DNA from: Flectonema sp. DT1601 | Lineage: Eukaryota | Assembly: GCA_964019425.1 (NCBI GenBank) | Contig: OZ025792.1 | Span: forward strand, 806,001 to 870,000 | DNA: 64,000 bases | Direction of reading: 5' to 3' | Part shown: in pieces, positions 57,789-64,000 of the stretch | Numbering within the stretch: the stretch's first letter is position 1 | Layout of the letters: each line of letters begins with the position of its first letter | Position numbers and translations under genes: made by a program | The notes under the pieces: generated by a model | What the model was told of the DNA's origin: nothing | What the model saw: the letters and a program-made list of their open reading frames with translations, nothing else | Database searches by the model: none

Positions 57789-60459
57789 CTACTTTGCAGG
57801 ACTGGGTTGCTGATCGTTGTGGCTGCTGAAGATGTTCCGAAACTTATTTCTACCAGCCCTGAATTTATCTTTCACAAATGATGTCACCCTCGACTGAGAC
57901 TCGTGTTGGATGTGTATTTGAATTTCTGATTCTACTTCCGGACTTTCATCCTTCGCTGCTTCTTCGAATTTCAAAGCGATTTCAGTTTTTGTTGAACGAA
58001 TGGCATGTCTGATGATCGCTCTGTCTTGTAGAGACAGTGAAGGAAGTCGACTGACGAGTTCAAACAGAAGTACGCTGCCGAGATCCTCTGCTGTAACGTT
58101 GTCGTCAACAAGTCTCAAAGAGATATCAGAAATACAACTCAAAGTTAAAGGAGCTGAAGTTCTTTGAGAAGCTGTGTAGTAAGCCGCTAGTAAATTAACA
58201 ACTTTCTCAATAGAGATTTGGTTAATTGAATTGTTATTATTAACCTTCAGCATCCATCTCGTAATCATTGCTACCTCATCGACAGGAAGCGGATCACACG
58301 CAACAATATCAACAAACCCTCCAGTGAGACTGTTAAATTGTTTTTCACTGATCGTGTGAACAATCTCAACTTCTTTGCTCTTTGCAAGTCGAATGATATT
58401 CGGATCTGGAACGACACCTGTTTTGTTAATCATCTCAGTGAGATGAGGAAGTTGGTAAGAAAACAGAACTGATAAAAAACATACCTAACAAATGTATAAC
58501 AGACTCCTGATATTTGTTATTTGCATATTTATTTGTTGAGTCGTGTTCTGCCTTCAGCCATTCAGTCAATTGATAAACATCAATCGGAGAAGCAGTAAGA
58601 CAACTCTTTGAACTTAACTTACAATAAGTCTCAACCAACGAATCTTTATAAGAAGGAGGACCAGTTAGCGTAGCAGTAGAAAACCCTTTTAAAACGGTAG
58701 TGAGGTATAGCAGTCTTCGAATGAATGTCGGAGTCAGGCATTTATTTTTAATTAGAGTGGTGTCACCAGATTGAGATAAAGAATGCCAAGCTAAAGTATA
58801 TTCAAATCGAGTATGAGGGGAAACTTGAATAAGATTTACTGGAGCAGCGAGGTCTGACCAGGTTCCAAGAGGATGGGAAGGAAACTCAGATTCCCATATT
58901 TTTAAAACCAAACTGACGATAGAAGAATCACCAGAATGAGTCTTTTCACTTACACTGTGATGACTCGGTAGTGTCGCAAGTATTCTTATTAATCCTGTTA
59001 CACTATCACCATCAGATGGTACCATTCCAACTAATAGTTCTGAAGGTACTACTTGACTACTTCCTGCACTCTCAACACACTCTTTCGAAAAGAACTGAGA
59101 GTAGATCTGCGACAACGCCATCGCCCACTGTCTACCTAATTGATCAGAAACATCCTTATTAACATCACGTATTACAGAACTACATAAAACATGTTTCAAC
59201 ACATGAACTGAATAAGGTTCTGATTTAAATCGAGATATAGGACACATGTCTACGACTGTTTTCGCACAAGAAGCGATTTCTGCCAACAGTTCTGGACTGG
59301 GTGAAGATGAGTCTCCTGATCTATTTGGTGATGACCATCCCATAAAAACTGATAAAGTCTTTTCTAATTCAGATCTAAAACAAGGATCGATATTACACTC
59401 GACAATAGTTCGATGTAACTCCAGAACGATGTGCTGAACAGTTTTTAGATTCCTGTCGCGTTCATTCGATAAAATTACAGCCTCCAAGAACCACCTCCTA
59501 GTAAAGTACTCCGGGTGTTCCGCAATTAAATGAGTCAGCACAGAGTACTTATGAATAGGACGAGCACGGTGTACAATTGGACGAAGTAAGTTAGTTGTAA
59601 TTAAGTAACTCGACGACAAGTGAGAAACTCTCTCCAAAACACTCATAGTCCATTCTGATGTACTGTCGAGAGCGAGTTGGTGTCCCCAGTCTTTTGATAG
59701 TTCGGTGATGTCACTCTCGTTTGTTATAAACTTCACGATGTGACAACAACAGTCGAGACCTAATTCTCTCCAACAGGTACTGATATAAGTAATTGACGAC
59801 ATCTTTCCATCACTCCACATTACTAAACATTCATCTCCTTCGTTTCGAGGAATATTTTGTAACGTCGACTCGTCCCAAATCGGAGATTGCTCTCCACTGC
59901 CGTTAGTGACTGCGACTGGTCTCAAAGGTGCTGATGCTTGTATGAGAATAGGTTCGCATCCCTCAGTTAGGATATTCCTCACTCCTCCATTCCCTGCGAG
60001 TACTTTTAATAGTAGTAATGCCTCGTCAGCAGATACTCGATTCTCAGTTTCTTGAAGAATACTTTTAATCTGCCTAAAACTATTACCAATTCCCTTTAAT
60101 GGAATTGTTTCAGCTGATTGGATAGAATCATCTCTGGTGGGAGTGTTGGTAGTCGGCCACTTAAACTGTTTATCGTCAATAAAAATATTTTCAACTATCG
60201 AGCGCAGGTCATCCCCGTCAGCAGCCTTTGCAGTGAGAGTCATACACCACATCGCCAGCATGGCGTGACGATGTTTGTTCTCGAAGAACATACTTTGTAA
60301 TGATCCAACTGCTAGAGCTACTTCTCTCCATCCGAGATCATGCTTTCCCCACTCTGGTGTACTTCTTAATAACATTGTGTACAACTGACTGACCCAACAG
60401 TCGTCTTTTACAGTCGCGGCCATCATCTGTCGCAGGGTGCTGCTTCCACTCCACGTCAT
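57789..60459 (-). CDS. Hypothetical protein, 2 exons (60459-58485, 58417-57789)
   Basis: GTATGT..AAACAG intron 58418-58484 (phase 1) joins the 674-aa and 214-aa ORFs in frame. Confidence 0.7.
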
Positions 60460-60997
60460 TTTATGAGGCCTGCGAAGGATGTGTTACTCAGAAAGGTTAT
60501 AATAGTTGTCGTTAGATGTCGTCAGATTCTTTTATTAATGTGACCTGTTCAAGGGAGTGGTGGGAGTGGTTGTGATTACAACAAACTACAAACTAATGTC
60601 AACAATTGGAACAAACTGATCAAATAGTTCGAATAACACTGATAACAAACATCCTTAAGAGGACTTAAGAGAAAGGGGAATTTCTTTTCGTCCCAACGAA
60701 ACACAGCAAGCACGGCTGCTTGTCATTTCTTTTGGGGAAAAGTCCGCCGTTTCTTATTCATCTATCCGTAATTTAATTGTGTGATCAAGTGTCCCACGTT
60801 GAGAATTGTGAACAAGTAATTGAAGTTCTCAGTACTCATGTTTGTTGTTGTGTTGTCTGACACCAATTAAGTGATGAAGAGGTTCTGAAGTCAGATTCAT
60901 AACGCGATCTGTTGGATGTCAACATGTCGTACTCCTGAAGTAATTCAATCATTCTGAAAGGCAGGTGTTCTTCTGAAGCCAGCTGGGTTTTCGATAT

Positions 60998-62416
60998 CTA
61001 AATCGTTCGTATCACTCGCGGACGACCAGTATCCTGAGCGTTACCATCATTCTCATAGTGGTCAAGATCTTGAATGCGAGGAACTGATTGCAAGTCGTAC
61101 ATTTTTTCAACCTGTTTTATTATTTTATTATTTTCACTCTCTCCGTGTCTACAAAGATAATGAGACGGACTGTCTGTATTACAAAAAGAGTTAAATACCT
61201 GATCAGGGTCAAGGGCAATAATGACACCCTTTTGTTTAAGAAACCCGTGGAACTTTACAATAAACTCATCAGCGTGATCGCGACCTCGTTTGTCGTAGGA
61301 GTCAGTGGCCCATTGTTTGACATCGTCGTCCATTTGGCTGACAATTTTAGATTTTAATTTCTTCATTTTGCGTTCGAAATCATCGGGTTTGAACACTTCA
61401 ACATCCGGAGGGGCGTAGACAGGACCATCAGGTGTGAGTCCGAGGATGTGTCGATTCAAGTCAATGTCGAAAGACTTCTTTAGTTGTGGAATATAAACAT
61501 TTTGAACATTAGATGTTTCATCGCTTGTCTTGTTAAACCACGATAATGGATTGTACCATTTAGGACCGTCTAGGATCTTTCTTTGTTCGATGGAAATACC
61601 ATCTTGCAAATCTGCTATTTCCTCAGCCGCCTTCTCAGAAATAGTACTATCAGATCTAAGACAAGCTTGTCTGTATGGTATCCATTGCGTCTCTTTAAAT
61701 TCATTAAATAGTTTCTTATATTCTGGAAAGTTCTCTCTCGCAAATCTGATGATCTCGAGAGTCTTAATTCGATTTGCAGGAAGGACTGGGTTGGCAATTC
61801 CTTGAGTTCGGAGTTTTGTACGCAATGCCATGTAACTCATAAATTTAAGAAGGAAAGCAGTCAAGAATAAGAATCCCCAAAAGAAGTAACGAATCCCGAA
61901 CAGAACCATTTTTTGACGAAGATTATCTTCTCTGATTCGCATCTCAGGGCTGGGAATCATCGGTCCTAATATTCTGATGGCTAAACCAGTTCTGGTATCG
62001 TGTAAGACAGGACCTGGAGGCAGTTCCGAATTCTTACTGTCAAGAGGGTCGTGGATCATGTGCATTGGCGCTCGTACAAATCGAGGCATTCCGTTTTCCC
62101 AAACCTGAATCTCTCTCTCGGGATTGGAACTGTAGATGTTTAAATGTTTTCTTTTCGCCTCGTGTTCTAATATGACATCTAAAGGAACAGGTGTTCCTGG
62201 TTTATAAAACCTCTCTGCTACTTCCATCTGATGATCAATTATATCTGTACCCTCACCAGGTTTAAAATCTAACGAAATAGGACCATCACCAGACTGTTGA
62301 ATGCTGACAGGTCTCTCAATTACTGGAGTTACTTTCTTCTCATCGTTATCAACAACAAGTGTTTTACATCCCCGGCGGCCAAATCTGATGTGGGCTGCGG
62401 TTGTTACTCGTTTCAT
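60998..62416 (-). CDS. Hypothetical 472-aa single-pass membrane protein, probable mitochondrial presequence
   Basis: MKRVTTAAHIRFGRRG N-terminus; one TM segment (VLFGIRYFFWGFLFLTAFLL). Confidence 0.7.
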   Translation of the reverse strand: MKRVTTAAHIRFGRRGCKTLVVDNDEKKVTPVIERPVSIQQSGDGPISLDFKPGEGTDIIDHQMEVAERFYKPGTPVPLDVILEHEAKRKHLNIYSSNPEREIQVWENGMPRFVRAPMHMIHDPLDSKNSELPPGPVLHDTRTGLAIRILGPMIPSPEMRIREDNLRQKMVLFGIRYFFWGFLFLTAFLLKFMSYMALRTKLRTQGIANPVLPANRIKTLEIIRFARENFPEYKKLFNEFKETQWIPYRQACLRSDSTISEKAAEEIADLQDGISIEQRKILDGPKWYNPLSWFNKTSDETSNVQNVYIPQLKKSFDIDLNRHILGLTPDGPVYAPPDVEVFKPDDFERKMKKLKSKIVSQMDDDVKQWATDSYDKRGRDHADEFIVKFHGFLKQKGVIIALDPDQVFNSFCNTDSPSHYLCRHGESENNKIIKQVEKMYDLQSVPRIQDLDHYENDGNAQDTGRPRVIRTI

Positions 62417-62697
62417 TGTACAGCTGTGCAGCCCTTAGTGAAAGAAATAACACAATTAATTAAAATATACAGATTGAAGTCTTTCTTACTATATCATCCT
62501 CGACATACAATTCATCTGAGCAATGAGAGGATGCTAAGTTAAAATCGGATGAAACGGGTGGGTAAAAAAAGTACAAAATAATACAATAGGAATACCCTTA
62601 AGTAACAACACCAATTATGGTGTAGTAGGGTTCAGGAGGGTTATTTAAGAAGACACAATTTTCTTATTTAAAAAACGACACCAATAGGTCACAAGTT

Positions 62698-63891
62698 TTA
62701 ACCAGTTGCTGATGTTGTTGACAATCGACAAGATCTGTGAAGGAGATTTTGCTCTCGCATTTCTACTTCCTCCAGTCGGATGCTGACGGATTCTTTTTCT
62801 GTCAGTACTTTTAGTTCCTCCTGAAGTAGTTCGACTTCCTTTGATTCTGCCTGCTTCTTGAGTTGTTTTAATTCGATGGCTTGCTTCTCAATGTCTGCTT
62901 GCTTGGAGTTCAGTTTGGCCTCCCTTTCGATAAGTGACTGAGTTTGTTGTTCAACTGTTGCTGCCTGGGCAGAGTGTTGCTCGTCGCGGTTTCTAAGAAC
63001 ACCTGCTGACGCGCGAATTAGTTCCGAAGCTTTGGATGCGAGTTCGTCAACTCCCAAACTAAGTAACGCACCTCTACTGGTACCTGGGAGTACGGACACA
63101 ATAGCATTCCGTAAGATCTCTTCTCCTTCTTCCAATGCGGTGTTTCTTTCAGCGATTCCGTCGTCTTTCTTCATCTGCTCTGTTGCTATTTTGTCGAGAA
63201 CATTTTTTCCTTCTGCAATTAAATTCTCTTTCTCAACAAGACCTGTTTCCTTCTGTGCTAGAGCTTCTTCTCGCTGTTTTAATTTCTTGAGCGTCTTCTG
63301 GTGTTGCGTGTCGGTGTCGCGCATTCTTCTGTTTATTATCCGCTCCTGGTTTTCAAGCTTCTCTTGTGCGTCTCGCAATTCAGCCTCCATTGCCCGACTC
63401 TTCTTAGCGACGGTGTTCCATTCCTTCTTCTCCTTGGTGTCTCGCTGGTTCAATTTTGCGAGTCGATCATTGAAATCATTTTCAGCGATTTCCAGTCCGC
63501 GTTGCTTCTCATTGATCGCTCGCTCGAGTGCCTTCATTTCAGCTATTTTGCCTTTCACGCCGGCGTATTCGTGGAGTTGAGTTTCGATCTCCCTTTCCAA
63601 AGATACGAGTTTAGCTTCTTTTGCATCTAATTCATCGCGTTCAGTGTCGAAAGCCAACTGCTGTTCTCGGAGACTATTTACTTGTTGTGGAAGGTTTGAA
63701 TTCATTTCTTGTGCATGCACGAGTTTTAGTTCACGCTCAGCAGCAGCAGCTTCTCTTTCCTCGAGTACGGCTTCCCTGTTTCTCAATTTCCGAGTGAGCA
63801 ACTCGTTTTGCTCTGCCGCCAGCCTCTGTTTGTCAAACCCGCTGCTATTTTGCTTTTGAAGCAAATTAACTTTCTTACTCGGAACTTGCAT
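62698..63891 (-). CDS. Coiled-coil protein (397 aa; may extend upstream via intron)
   Basis: Intact E/K/R/Q-rich heptad ORF. Confidence 0.75.
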   Translation of the reverse strand: MQVPSKKVNLLQKQNSSGFDKQRLAAEQNELLTRKLRNREAVLEEREAAAAERELKLVHAQEMNSNLPQQVNSLREQQLAFDTERDELDAKEAKLVSLEREIETQLHEYAGVKGKIAEMKALERAINEKQRGLEIAENDFNDRLAKLNQRDTKEKKEWNTVAKKSRAMEAELRDAQEKLENQERIINRRMRDTDTQHQKTLKKLKQREEALAQKETGLVEKENLIAEGKNVLDKIATEQMKKDDGIAERNTALEEGEEILRNAIVSVLPGTSRGALLSLGVDELASKASELIRASAGVLRNRDEQHSAQAATVEQQTQSLIEREAKLNSKQADIEKQAIELKQLKKQAESKEVELLQEELKVLTEKESVSIRLEEVEMREQNLLHRSCRLSTTSATG

Positions 63892-64000
63892 GTCCTGAGG
63901 ATTCCTATGAAGTGGACAGCTATCACCACTGCAGAAGTGTGCTGGTGTTCCTTTTTGATTTTGTCTGACGGGTACAACTAACGGTGTCTGGGGCTGCGGA

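Noticed and set aside
57789..60459. Possible degenerate dynein-like AAA module (TLTGPPSYKDSL)
   Set aside because: No intact Walker motifs; cannot be supported without a profile search.
1..64000. tRNA, rRNA, SL RNA genes, CRISPR arrays; plus-strand ORFs antisense to the gene cluster
   Set aside because: No tRNA/rRNA/SL signatures or regular repeat-spacer array seen by eye; antisense ORFs are shadows of the real minus-strand genes.

Overview
Eukaryotic, AT-rich genomic DNA, most likely from a euglenozoan of diplonemid type. Evidence: a KMP-11 gene, a stand-alone SDH2 C-terminal-half gene, about 52 kb of genes all on the minus strand (directional gene cluster), and frequent short GT-AG cis-introns with A-rich (AACAG) acceptors. 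One plus-strand gene (1.8-2.3 kb) converges on the minus-strand cluster across a roughly 9 kb region of transposon relics: a TIR-bounded non-autonomous element, a decayed TATE/VIPER-like tyrosine-recombinase retrotransposon between 115-bp inverted repeats, and a 5'-truncated Penelope-like RT. Highlights: (1) a complete hammerhead ribozyme core in a non-circularly permuted strand order just upstream of the Penelope-like RT; (2) tandem vitamin K-dependent gamma-carboxylase (HTTM) genes, each fused to an N-terminal ferredoxin-reductase-like domain; (3) the two carboxylase copies appear to be alternative giant first exons sharing a single set of 3' exons; (4) a zero-length-exon (recursive) splice site in the RagC/D gene. 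All calls are by eye from the sequence; no database searches were run.
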